From NCBI GenBank assembly GCA_021824625.1, contig JAKAKE010000186.1:3995-67994 (forward strand): a stretch of DNA of 64,000 nucleotides, written 5' to 3'. Source of the DNA: Bacteroidota bacterium. Lineage in GTDB: Bacteria > Bacteroidota > Ignavibacteria > Kapaibacteriales > UBA2268. Positions 25,970 to 35,276 of this stretch are shown here, one piece after another. The number at the start of each line of letters is the position of its first letter. Positions within the stretch are counted from its first letter, which is position 1. The notes under the pieces are model-generated. The model was not told the origin of the DNA and made no database searches. It saw only the letters and a program-made list of their open reading frames with translations. The position numbers were made by a program, and so were the translations under genes.

Positions 25970-27220
25970 ATGAAATTAAAAAGAAAGTATATTGACACTG
26001 ATCCGATGATGAGCACGATACTTGTATTTGTTACTTTGGTATTGCTGCCCTTGTTCCTGAGTTTTAATTTCTTTTTACCCTTAAAGAATGCTTTTTATGA
26101 TTTTGCAATGACAGACATCAATTATGCAAAGCTTCGTTCGCCGGAAAAGGAACTGGCTGACACAAATATTGTATTGATTGATATAGGCGGAATGTCAAAT
26201 TCAGAGTTATCGGATTTACTCAATATACTCAACCAAAATGAGCCGAGAGTGATTGGCATTGATAAGGAGTTGAGGGATGATGATGATACGGCAGCTAATA
26301 ATAGTCTGGCTAAAGCTCTGTCGAATGTGAACAGGCTCGTTTTAAGCAACAGGTTAATATATAATGAAGATACCAAGTTATTCGATTCAATATCCGAATC
26401 TTCCGGGATTTTTACAAAATATGGAATTTCAGGATTTACGAATCAGATTACGATTGATGACAGAAGCCATGAAACAGTCAGAACATTCAAAATATACACA
26501 AAGGTATATGCAGGTGCAGATTCACAACTTGCCCGAAAAGAAACAGGTTCACAGCTTGTCCTGAAGGATTCTATTGTGCATCCTTTTCCGGTTGAAGTTG
26601 TTCTCATGTTTGACCCTGAAAAGGTACAAAATCTGTATTCCAGGAATAATGCTGAAGAGATTATTAATTTCAGGGGATACTTTAACAAGTATTTTTTCAT
26701 AGCCGGTGAACAGGTGCTGAACTATGAATTTAATCCTAATTTGTTTAATGGGAAAATTTTACTGCTCAGTTATTTTGACCCGTTCAATACAAGCCCGTTA
26801 TTTGGATATAAATACTATAGTCCCTTGGATTCAAATTACACCGGCAAGTCATTTCCCGATATGTATGGAATCGAAATCCATGCAAATGTTATATCAATGA
26901 TAATAAATGAAAATTATTTTAACATAATCCCGTCTTGGTTAGCTATAGTATTAGCTTTTATATTGTGTTACCTGATGATAGTTGCGTACAAATACATTGA
27001 CGGGAAATATCAGACCTGGTATGAATTATTAAGTCTTGTAATTTTTGTTATGGTATCTTTGATTTTGTTGGGAGCTAATTATTATTCTTACCATCTTTTG
27101 ATGTTGGACTTGAACCTTAATTATGCACTATTTGCTATAATATTGGCAAGTCCAATTTATGAAGCTTATACTAAGTCAATCAAACCTCTTTTACTAAGAA
27201 TTTTTAAAAATAAATCGTAG
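25970..27220 (+). CDS. CHASE2-domain membrane protein without output domain, paralogue B
   Basis: Same layout as paralogue A: IVLIDIGG...VIGIDKEL...SGFTNQITIDDRSHETVRTF...GKILLLSYFD...YGIEIHANVISMII, then 3 TM helices. Confidence 0.7.
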   Translation: MKLKRKYIDTDPMMSTILVFVTLVLLPLFLSFNFFLPLKNAFYDFAMTDINYAKLRSPEKELADTNIVLIDIGGMSNSELSDLLNILNQNEPRVIGIDKELRDDDDTAANNSLAKALSNVNRLVLSNRLIYNEDTKLFDSISESSGIFTKYGISGFTNQITIDDRSHETVRTFKIYTKVYAGADSQLARKETGSQLVLKDSIVHPFPVEVVLMFDPEKVQNLYSRNNAEEIINFRGYFNKYFFIAGEQVLNYEFNPNLFNGKILLLSYFDPFNTSPLFGYKYYSPLDSNYTGKSFPDMYGIEIHANVISMIINENYFNIIPSWLAIVLAFILCYLMIVAYKYIDGKYQTWYELLSLVIFVMVSLILLGANYYSYHLLMLDLNLNYALFAIILASPIYEAYTKSIKPLLLRIFKNKS

Positions 27221-27228
27221 AGGTATAT

Positions 27229-28200
27229 ATGCACAAAATATACGGAATTTTAAAATTTACTGTTATTTTAATTCTATTGATTTATACTACTTCTTCTCAG
27301 GCGAATGAATTCAGGATATTAGCTGCAAAGGGACAGGTTCTAATTCAAAAGAATAGTAAAGGAAATTGGGAAAAAATCTATACAGGCGGGCTAATCAATG
27401 CTAATGACAAAATTAAGCTTATGCCCGGCTCCTACCTGGGTTTAGTACACAGCAAAGGTAGAACAATCGAGTTGAAGAAGGATGGCATATATTCGGCAAT
27501 TAAGCTTTCCAAAGAGCTTGCCGGTATGAAATCAACCATGACCGGTCAACTTGCCAATCTAATAGTAAACGAGGTGGGAAGCTCATCCGGTTTTTTATCC
27601 AATAAGGATAGTAATAAATCAATGAATCAAACCGGTGCCGTCAATAGAAATATTGACTCAGATTTAATCAAATCAAACTCATTACTGGTTTCTGCCGACA
27701 AAATACTTATTCTGTCTCCAATCAAAGAACACTTGCTTAATCAGATAGTCGTTTTCGAATGGAAAAGATTACCATCCGAAAAGGAATATGAATTTTATCT
27801 GACAGACCGATTTGACAGACTTGAGTTTTCGAAAACAACTTCAGATTCCTTTCTTTTGGTCGATACAAAACAATTGAAACTTGATAAAGGTATGTATTAT
27901 TTTTGGAGAGTAGTTGTCAAAAATAAGCCTGAATTTAAATCCGGCGAAGCCTGTTTTATGATTTTAACCGACCCTGAAATATCAGGATTAAACGATACAT
28001 TGAAGCTTCTTAAAGAAGAATTAGGAAGCGAACAAACCGCTACATCAAAACTTATGTATGCAGTATTTTTTGAGAAATATAATCTTATCAGTGAAGCTAA
28101 GGCTTCTTATCTCGATGCTTTAAGAATCGCTCCGGATGTCGAGGTTTATAACACCCTTTATAATAATTTCCTGAGAAGGCATTATCAGTCAGGATATTAA
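27229..28200 (+). CDS. Secreted FecR-like + DUF928-like protein, paralogue 1
   Basis: Signal peptide (..SSQA/NEF). FRILAAKGQV...SYLGLVHSKGRTIELKKDGIY. YEFYLTDRFDRL...LKLDKGMYYFWRVVV...EACFMIL. C-terminal helical APDVEVYNTLYNNFL. Confidence 0.6.
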   Translation: MHKIYGILKFTVILILLIYTTSSQANEFRILAAKGQVLIQKNSKGNWEKIYTGGLINANDKIKLMPGSYLGLVHSKGRTIELKKDGIYSAIKLSKELAGMKSTMTGQLANLIVNEVGSSSGFLSNKDSNKSMNQTGAVNRNIDSDLIKSNSLLVSADKILILSPIKEHLLNQIVVFEWKRLPSEKEYEFYLTDRFDRLEFSKTTSDSFLLVDTKQLKLDKGMYYFWRVVVKNKPEFKSGEACFMILTDPEISGLNDTLKLLKEELGSEQTATSKLMYAVFFEKYNLISEAKASYLDALRIAPDVEVYNTLYNNFLRRHYQSGY

Positions 28201-28237
28201 TTATTTTGTATGTTTAAATAATTATGGAAATAAGAAA

Positions 28238-29167
28238 ATGAAGAAAATATTATTTTACATTTCTCTATTGCTCATATTATTTGTTTTTACTGCCTCAGCC
28301 AAAGATTTTAAATTCTGTGTTCTTGGTAAAAAGGGAACAGTTCAGGTAAAATCTTCAAAATCTAAAAAACTTGAAGATGTCAAGACAGGTGATAAATTGT
28401 TCTTGAATGACAATCTTGTTCTGGTAGAAGGTTCATATATCGGTTTGGTTCATTGTAACGGCAAAACGATTGAAATTACCAAACCCGGGAATTACAAAAT
28501 ATCTGCTTTATCGAATACCGCAGAAGGCAAAAAGACTTCGGTTTTACCTAGAATTGCAGATATGATTTTTCATAATGTAAGTAGAAATAACGAGCTGTTG
28601 TCTGACAAAGACCAAAAAACCCAGATGAAATCCGGAGGTTATATTGAAAGAGGAATAGGTGAAGTAACATTACCGATTATCTCACCGTTGAAAAACCATT
28701 ATATCAATAAAAATATTTCACTTTGCTGGAACAGTTACCATGGCAATCCTGATTTTGAGTTCAAGCTTATGAACAGATTTAATAAAGTTTTGTTGACCAA
28801 AACATCAACTGATACATGTATCAACTTCGATGCCGAATCTCTTAAACTTGAAAAAGGAACTTATTATTTTTGGACCGTAAATCTTGCAAATGATGATGAT
28901 TACAAATCGCAGGAGGCATGTTTCAAGCTGTTGACTGACAATGATATTTCATTATTAAATGATACTCTTAAACTGCTTCAGGAGGAGTTGGGTAACGATA
29001 ATTCTGCACCGTCTGAAATTGTTTATGCCTATTTCTTCGAGCAGTATAATCTTTATGACGAAGCTATAAATGCCTATCGTCAAGCAATTAAATTAGCTCC
29101 GGATATATATGATTATGTTGTGTTATATGAAAACTTTTTAACAAGAGCAAAATTTTCCGGAAGGTGA
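28238..29167 (+). CDS. Secreted FecR-like + DUF928-like protein, paralogue 2
   Basis: Signal (..ASA/KDF). FKFCVLGKKGTV...SYIGLVHCNGKTIEITKPGNY. FEFKLMNRFNKV...LKLEKGTYYFWTV. APDIYDYVVLYENFL. Confidence 0.6.
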   Translation: MKKILFYISLLLILFVFTASAKDFKFCVLGKKGTVQVKSSKSKKLEDVKTGDKLFLNDNLVLVEGSYIGLVHCNGKTIEITKPGNYKISALSNTAEGKKTSVLPRIADMIFHNVSRNNELLSDKDQKTQMKSGGYIERGIGEVTLPIISPLKNHYINKNISLCWNSYHGNPDFEFKLMNRFNKVLLTKTSTDTCINFDAESLKLEKGTYYFWTVNLANDDDYKSQEACFKLLTDNDISLLNDTLKLLQEELGNDNSAPSEIVYAYFFEQYNLYDEAINAYRQAIKLAPDIYDYVVLYENFLTRAKFSGR

Positions 29168-29178
29168 AATAATTTTCT

Positions 29179-30117
29179 TTGAAAAAAAAAGGGTCAAACA
29201 TGAGGTTATTATTTATTTTACTTTTTATTGTTTTGTTACTTAACCCTCTTCAGGCACAAAACTATGATTTTTGTGTGCTTGGTAAAGTGGGGACAGCACT
29301 TGTTCAATTAAACGGGAACAAGGATTGGACTGAATTGAAAACCGGAGACCAGTTAAAGCGAAATGATATTATTTCAATAAAAGACAATTCCTACCTCGGA
29401 CTTGTCCACTCTTCCGGTAAAACTATCGAGTTAAGACAATCCAGCCAATATAAAGTATCCAAGCTGGATGATGATTTATCAGAGAGCACAACTTCAATTC
29501 TCCCTAATCTTATCGAAGTAATCTTCGGAAAAAAATCCAACATCAAAGATATTTTGGAATCGAGGCGTAATAAAAAAGTTTTTTCAAAAGGTGCTATTGA
29601 GAGAAGCATTGAAAACGAACAAATAACCATACTTTCTCCAAAAAAAATCATTCTAATTGCCGATGATGTCGCATTATTATGGAGTAAGTTCACTGCAGAA
29701 GGTAAATATGAAATCAAGATAACCGACAGATTCAACAAGCTCATTTTCTCAAGAGCTGTTGATGACACTACTATTTCAATAAATCAGAAAGAGTTGAATT
29801 TAGACAGAGACCAGTATTATTTTTGGCGGGTGAATTTATTATCAAATCCTGAAATCAGGTCAGATGAAGGTTGTTTCCTGTTCTTATCCGATAAGAGAAT
29901 TGCAGAGATTAAGAAAAATATCGAACAAATGAAAAAGGAAATAGGAGGTAAAGAGACTTCGGTATCGAAGATTCTTATGGCATTCTATTACGAAAACAAT
30001 CTTCTTGTGAATGAAGCAGACAAAGAATTCAGGGAGGCATTAAACATGTCTCCGGATGTTGCCGATTACATTGATTTATACGATGCATTTAAAATGAGAA
30101 TGAATATTCGGAGGTAG
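29179..30117 (+). CDS. Secreted FecR-like + DUF928-like protein, paralogue 3
   Basis: Signal (..LQA/QNY). FCVLGKVGTA...SYLGLVHSSGKTIELRQSSQY. YEIKITDRFNKL...LNLDRDQYYFWRV. SPDVADYIDLYDAF. Confidence 0.6.
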   Translation: MKKKGSNMRLLFILLFIVLLLNPLQAQNYDFCVLGKVGTALVQLNGNKDWTELKTGDQLKRNDIISIKDNSYLGLVHSSGKTIELRQSSQYKVSKLDDDLSESTTSILPNLIEVIFGKKSNIKDILESRRNKKVFSKGAIERSIENEQITILSPKKIILIADDVALLWSKFTAEGKYEIKITDRFNKLIFSRAVDDTTISINQKELNLDRDQYYFWRVNLLSNPEIRSDEGCFLFLSDKRIAEIKKNIEQMKKEIGGKETSVSKILMAFYYENNLLVNEADKEFREALNMSPDVADYIDLYDAFKMRMNIRR

Positions 30118-30124
30118 TAAAAAT

Positions 30125-31162
30125 ATGAAATTTAAAAATATTATTATGATGATGATTATTTTGTTATCATATTTAAGCTTAAATGCCCAGGAGCCGGAAT
30201 TTAGAGTTCTTGGAAAAAAAGGAAATGTTAATTATCAGTCAAAAAGCAGTGGCTGGACGGATGTAAAAACCGGAGATAAACTTTTTAAAAATGACAAGGT
30301 CAAAGTAAGCGGAAATTCTTACTTGGGCCTTGTTCACTCATCAGGTAAAACTGTTGAAATAAAAAAAGAAGGCACATATAATATTTCAAAATTGGCTAAG
30401 GATGTTTCTTCATTCCGAAGTTCAACCACCCAGCGATTTGCTAAATTTGTCGTTGATGAAATAACTTCAGGAGATGATTTGCTCAAACAAAAGAAATATA
30501 AAAGGAGCATGGAAAATACCGGTGCAGTCGACAGAGCGACAGGCGGGGATATTAGTTATATGGCAACTTTTTCTTCTTTGTCCGGTACCGACCTTTCGCA
30601 ATATTCTGCATTAAACGAGGCTATTGACTGCCTGGTTAAAACCGATAAAAATTCCATCAGGATTAAATATCCGAGGACTTCTTATGTAATTAGCAGTGAT
30701 GTTGACTTTGTCTGGTTTAAGAATAATACTGTCTCAATTTATGAATTTGTAATAGTTGACAGGAATGATAATATATTATATTCAACCAAAACATCGGATA
30801 CAACACTCCAAATTAATCTTTCCGGGTTAAAACTTTTAAAGGGCATGAATTATTACTGGTTTCTTCGAAGCAATGATTTGAAATCAGACCAGTATTGCAT
30901 CAATTGGATAAATGATTATGACATGAAGAGGCTCGATGAAGATTTGGAGCCTTTGCTGGACGGAATGGCAAAAGGTAAGGATGCAGTAACCCTGATGCTG
31001 CTAGCTTCGATTTATGAAGATGAGAATATAATGAACAAGGCTATTGATGCGTATCAAGAGGCTCTGCGCCTCGAACCTGATGTTGACGGATACAGAACCT
31101 TATATGCACGATATCTGAGCCGTATCGGGTTAGATGATGAAGCAATCAGAATATTGAAATGA
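30125..31162 (+). CDS. Secreted FecR-like + DUF928-like protein, paralogue 4 (carries an extra insertion of about 35 aa)
   Basis: Signal (..LNA/QEP). FRVLGKKGNV...SYLGLVHSSGKTVEIKKEGTY. YEFVIVDRNDNI...LKLLKGMNYYWFL. EPDVDGYRTLYARYLSRIGLDDEA. Confidence 0.6.
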   Translation: MKFKNIIMMMIILLSYLSLNAQEPEFRVLGKKGNVNYQSKSSGWTDVKTGDKLFKNDKVKVSGNSYLGLVHSSGKTVEIKKEGTYNISKLAKDVSSFRSSTTQRFAKFVVDEITSGDDLLKQKKYKRSMENTGAVDRATGGDISYMATFSSLSGTDLSQYSALNEAIDCLVKTDKNSIRIKYPRTSYVISSDVDFVWFKNNTVSIYEFVIVDRNDNILYSTKTSDTTLQINLSGLKLLKGMNYYWFLRSNDLKSDQYCINWINDYDMKRLDEDLEPLLDGMAKGKDAVTLMLLASIYEDENIMNKAIDAYQEALRLEPDVDGYRTLYARYLSRIGLDDEAIRILK

Positions 31163-31163
31163 T

Positions 31164-32432
31164 TTACAATGCTTTTTTACCTATATCTTTTCTGAAATAC
31201 ATGTTTGAGAAATTTATTTTTCTAACGGCATTGTAGGCTTGCTCTAAAGCTGTTTTCAGTGTGGTACTTACACCGGTAACACCAAGAACTCTTCCTCCGT
31301 CACTAAGGAGTTTCCCTTCATTTAGTCTTGTACCTGAATGATAAACTATTGCTCCTGTTTTTTCAACTTCTTCGATACCTGTTATTTCAAATCCTTTTTC
31401 GTATTCATCGGGATAACCCTCGGAAGCAAGGATAACACAGCAGGCATGTTTGTTTGAAGAGTTTTTAATTGCTGATGTATCAATCTTTCCGCATGCTGCC
31501 GAATAAAGCAGTTTGGCAAAGTCTCCTTCGAATATTGACAAAACAGACTGGGTCTCGGGGTCACCGAAACGAACATTGAATTCTACAACTTTTGGTTCTT
31601 CGTCATGTATCATCAATCCCGCATACAAACAACCGGTGAAAGGAAATCCTTCTGCTCTCATGCCTTCAATTGCCGGTCTGAGAATTTTCTCATGGACTTT
31701 ATTCATAACACTTTCTGTAACAATTGGAGCAGGTGAGTAAGCACCCATGCCTCCGGTGTTTTTCCCGAGGTCATCATCCATGGCTCTCTTATGGTCTTGC
31801 GATGACGGTAGAGTGATGTAGTCTTTACCATCACAAATTGCAAGTATGGAAGCTTCAACACCCAATAAAAACTCTTCTATAACAACTGTTTTACCGGCAT
31901 CGGAAAACAATCCATCAAACATGCTGTCAAGTGTTTGCTGTGCTGATTGTATTTCCTGGGCAATGATTACACCTTTGCCTGCGGCGAGTCCGTCTGCTTT
32001 GAGGACAAGAGGAAATTTACAGGTATTAAGATATTCATCGGCAGTCTTTTTGTCTTCTTCTGAAAATATTTTATATTTGGCAGTTGGAATGTTGTGCCTT
32101 GCCATGAAATCTTTAGCGAAACCTTTTGACGATTCGAGCCTGGCGGCTTGTTTTGAGGGACCGAACACTTTAATTCCATTTTCAATTAATATATCGGTTA
32201 TACCGTCGGCAAGTGGTTTTTCGGGGCCAACAACAACTAAATTTATATTATTAGATTTACAAAAATCTATAATGAAATTAAAATCAAATTTTTGAATTTC
32301 TGCTTTAGGTGCAAACTGCCAAATCCCGGGATTACCCGGATAACTGTATAAGTTGTCCGATGAAGGCGATAGCCTTAAGGCACGTGCTATTGCATGTTCC
32401 CTGCCGCCACCGCCTATTAATAAAATATTCAT
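31164..32432 (-). CDS. purD: Phosphoribosylamine-glycine ligase
   Basis: MNILLIGGGGREHAIA...VLKADGLAAGKGV...ATP-grasp motifs. 422 aa. Confidence 0.92.
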   Translation of the reverse strand: MNILLIGGGGREHAIARALRLSPSSDNLYSYPGNPGIWQFAPKAEIQKFDFNFIIDFCKSNNINLVVVGPEKPLADGITDILIENGIKVFGPSKQAARLESSKGFAKDFMARHNIPTAKYKIFSEEDKKTADEYLNTCKFPLVLKADGLAAGKGVIIAQEIQSAQQTLDSMFDGLFSDAGKTVVIEEFLLGVEASILAICDGKDYITLPSSQDHKRAMDDDLGKNTGGMGAYSPAPIVTESVMNKVHEKILRPAIEGMRAEGFPFTGCLYAGLMIHDEEPKVVEFNVRFGDPETQSVLSIFEGDFAKLLYSAACGKIDTSAIKNSSNKHACCVILASEGYPDEYEKGFEITGIEEVEKTGAIVYHSGTRLNEGKLLSDGGRVLGVTGVSTTLKTALEQAYNAVRKINFSNMYFRKDIGKKAL

Positions 32433-32779
32433 TCGTTTCCTTAATATTAAATAATGGGAAAAACCAAAATTAATGACATTTAAACCTTATTCAAAGATTT
32501 AGGCTAACCAAATATTATAATTTAAATGAATTTTACTTTATACTTTGAATATTTTTGTTTAGATTGATAAATTGATTTTAATTATTGGTTTGAAATTTGA
32601 TTGTGGGATTGTTATTTATTATATGATTATCAGTAATTGATTTTACACTGAATAACATTGAAGTAAGACTATGCCAATGTGGATGAGCTTAATAATAAGA
32701 CGGATTGGGTGCATATCTTGCTACAATCCCTGAATAGATAAGTAAAGTGTATAGGTTAATACTTTAAAAATAATAAAAA

Positions 32780-35227
32780 GTGATTGACAGTAGGATGGAG
32801 CCTGAGTACAAAGGTATTGTTCCGAAAGGGCCGATGATTGATATTGAAAGGTTTATTTCTGAAAGAAGGAATGCCCAAGATTTTCTTCAGTATTCCGGGG
32901 AGATGCACAGAACTTTTTTCGATGATTTACCGATAGGTGCTTACAGAACTACTGAAGACGGGAAGTTTTTAAGCGTGAATAAATCATTAGCTTTACTTCT
33001 GGGGTTTGATAACACGGAAGAGATAAAAAATTATAATGCGGGGGATTTTTATTTAAGGTCTGAAGACAGGACAGCACTGATTAAGAAGCAAAAGAAGGTT
33101 TATGGTATTGTTAAAGCAGAATATAAAGTAAAGCGTATGGATGGAGATGTAATTTGGGTCAGGGATAATGGAAAAGTAATTTATAAGGATGACGGCAGTG
33201 TTGATTACCTGGAAGGTGTCATTGAAGATATCACAAGCCAAAAATTAGCACATGAATCGTTAATCGAAAGCGAAGTTAAGTATAGAAAACTTTTTGAAAA
33301 TTTATATGATATATATTTCAGTTTAACCATTGACGGAGAATTCACTGAAATGTCTCCGTCAGCCGAACCAATTTTAGGATTCGGAATAGAGGAAATAATT
33401 GGTAAATCAATTTTTGATTTTGTAGATAACAGGCAATTCCTGAATGATGCTTTATCTGATTTAAAAAAATCATTCAAAGTACTTAATCGCACCCTCCAGA
33501 TAAAAAATAAAAAGGGAGAAATAATTCACCTTCTTGTGAATGCTTATTTCTATAATGATTATATTAGAAATAAAAAAAGCATTGCAGGAATTGCAAGAGA
33601 TATAACAAGACAAAAGCAAAATGAGATTGACTTACTTGAAGCACGTGAATATGCCGAATTGATTAACCGTGTTACTCCAAGTTGTACTTTTACTATTGAT
33701 AAACTTGGGAATGTTACAAGTTGGAATGAAAGAACTGCCATCATAACAGGTTATCCTGCTTCAGAAATTATTGGGAAGAAATGTACTCTCTGTCTATGGA
33801 ATAACCATGAGAAGCAATGCGCATTTTTTAATGATAAAATCAAAAAACCGGTTTTTGGCAGAGAAGTGGAAATCAAAACCAAGAGTGGTGAAGTGAGAAT
33901 AATTGCAGTCAATTTAGATTTACTTCGTAATTCTTTTGGTGAAGTAATCGGAGGCATCGAAAGTTTCGATGATATCACCGACAGGATAAGAACTGAAGAG
34001 GCTTTATTCTGGCAGGCAGGTGTTAATCATGCTATTGCTGATTTATCCAAAGCGATTATTTCCTTACCACTGGTTAAAGATACCTCAAAACTAATTCTTG
34101 AACATGCGAGAAGACTTACTAATTCTACTTTCGGTTTTATTTCGGTTTTTAATCAAGAAACTTTGAAATTCGAGATTTCGGCAATAATGACAAAGCAGAA
34201 CAAGGATTATATTCATTGGGATTATTATCCTGATGATGTTGAATTTAATGAGTTCTGGTATTGGACTTATATTAATAAAAATTATATTATGACTTCATCA
34301 ATTAAATCTGATGAAAGACTTAACTCGATTTATCAATACAATAAAGATATTGAACATTTTATTTCAGTACCTTTGGTATCCAACTCTGAAGTTATAGGTA
34401 TAATATCAATTGGTACAAAGGAAAAAGGTTATGGGGAAGATGACCTCGAAATTTTAAACCGCATGGCATCTTTGTTTACTGTTGTCCTTCAAAGATTTAA
34501 AGCAGAGGAGGACATAAAAGCCGCATTAGCAAAAGAACAAGAGTTGAGTGAATTGAAATCGCGTTTTATTTCTATGATTTCCCATGAGTATAGAACTCCT
34601 CTGACAGCTATTGCTTTAACAAAAGATTTGCTTAAGGAGCATTGGGACAGAATTGATTTTCAGACGAGAGCAGAGCAGTTGGATAAAATTCAATACTCGA
34701 TTGACGTAATGAATTCACTGCTGGATGATATTATTATGTACAGCAAAGTCGAGGTAGGAAGGCAGATTTACAGGCAAAGGAAAATTAATTTAAGCCAGTT
34801 TTGCCTCGATATTGTTAATGAAATGCAATATACTGCTAAGTACAAGGTGAAAGTCAATTACAAATTTGAAGGTGATAATAAAATCGTTTATTCCGATGAA
34901 AACCTTGTCAGGCAAATTATAAGGAATCTGATTTCAAATGCAATTAAATTTTCTTCTCACGGGTCTGAAGTTGATTTTAATATCGTTTCAAATGATAATC
35001 AGATACTTTATACTGTTACCGATTATGGTATTGGAATTCCCGATGATGACAAGGAAAATATATTTGAACCCTTCTTCAGGGGGAAAAATATTGTTACAAC
35101 ATCGGGTACTGGCTTAGGCTTGTCAATTGTCAAGAATGCTGTAAATATTCTCGGGGGCAATGTTTCATTTAATAGTGAAATTGGCAAGGGGACTTCATTC
35201 ACAGTAGTAATTCCAGGTAAAAAGTAG
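32780..35227 (+). CDS. Multi-PAS/GAF sensor histidine kinase
   Basis: Several PAS-like blocks, a GAF-like block, H-box SMISHEYRTPL, N box NLISNAIKFS, and GTGLGLSIV. Confidence 0.85.
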   Translation: MIDSRMEPEYKGIVPKGPMIDIERFISERRNAQDFLQYSGEMHRTFFDDLPIGAYRTTEDGKFLSVNKSLALLLGFDNTEEIKNYNAGDFYLRSEDRTALIKKQKKVYGIVKAEYKVKRMDGDVIWVRDNGKVIYKDDGSVDYLEGVIEDITSQKLAHESLIESEVKYRKLFENLYDIYFSLTIDGEFTEMSPSAEPILGFGIEEIIGKSIFDFVDNRQFLNDALSDLKKSFKVLNRTLQIKNKKGEIIHLLVNAYFYNDYIRNKKSIAGIARDITRQKQNEIDLLEAREYAELINRVTPSCTFTIDKLGNVTSWNERTAIITGYPASEIIGKKCTLCLWNNHEKQCAFFNDKIKKPVFGREVEIKTKSGEVRIIAVNLDLLRNSFGEVIGGIESFDDITDRIRTEEALFWQAGVNHAIADLSKAIISLPLVKDTSKLILEHARRLTNSTFGFISVFNQETLKFEISAIMTKQNKDYIHWDYYPDDVEFNEFWYWTYINKNYIMTSSIKSDERLNSIYQYNKDIEHFISVPLVSNSEVIGIISIGTKEKGYGEDDLEILNRMASLFTVVLQRFKAEEDIKAALAKEQELSELKSRFISMISHEYRTPLTAIALTKDLLKEHWDRIDFQTRAEQLDKIQYSIDVMNSLLDDIIMYSKVEVGRQIYRQRKINLSQFCLDIVNEMQYTAKYKVKVNYKFEGDNKIVYSDENLVRQIIRNLISNAIKFSSHGSEVDFNIVSNDNQILYTVTDYGIGIPDDDKENIFEPFFRGKNIVTTSGTGLGLSIVKNAVNILGGNVSFNSEIGKGTSFTVVIPGKK

Positions 35228-35248
35228 GGACAGAACATTGTTCTGTCC
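35228..35248. terminator. Bidirectional hairpin between convergent genes (GGACAGAAC-ATT-GTTCTGTCC)
   Basis: Perfect 9-bp stem starting at the last base of the kinase stop codon (TAG 35226-35228). T/A-rich flanks. Confidence 0.55.
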
Positions 35249-35276
35249 TTAATTTATTCAGTTTCTATATTGCATT

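Noticed and set aside
31846-32295. 149-aa plus-strand ORF
   Set aside because: Antisense to purD.
32433-32779. Purine or ZTP riboswitch upstream of purD
   Set aside because: Read as the minus strand, the leader is AT-rich with no conserved purine-riboswitch junction or ZTP pseudoknot motifs.
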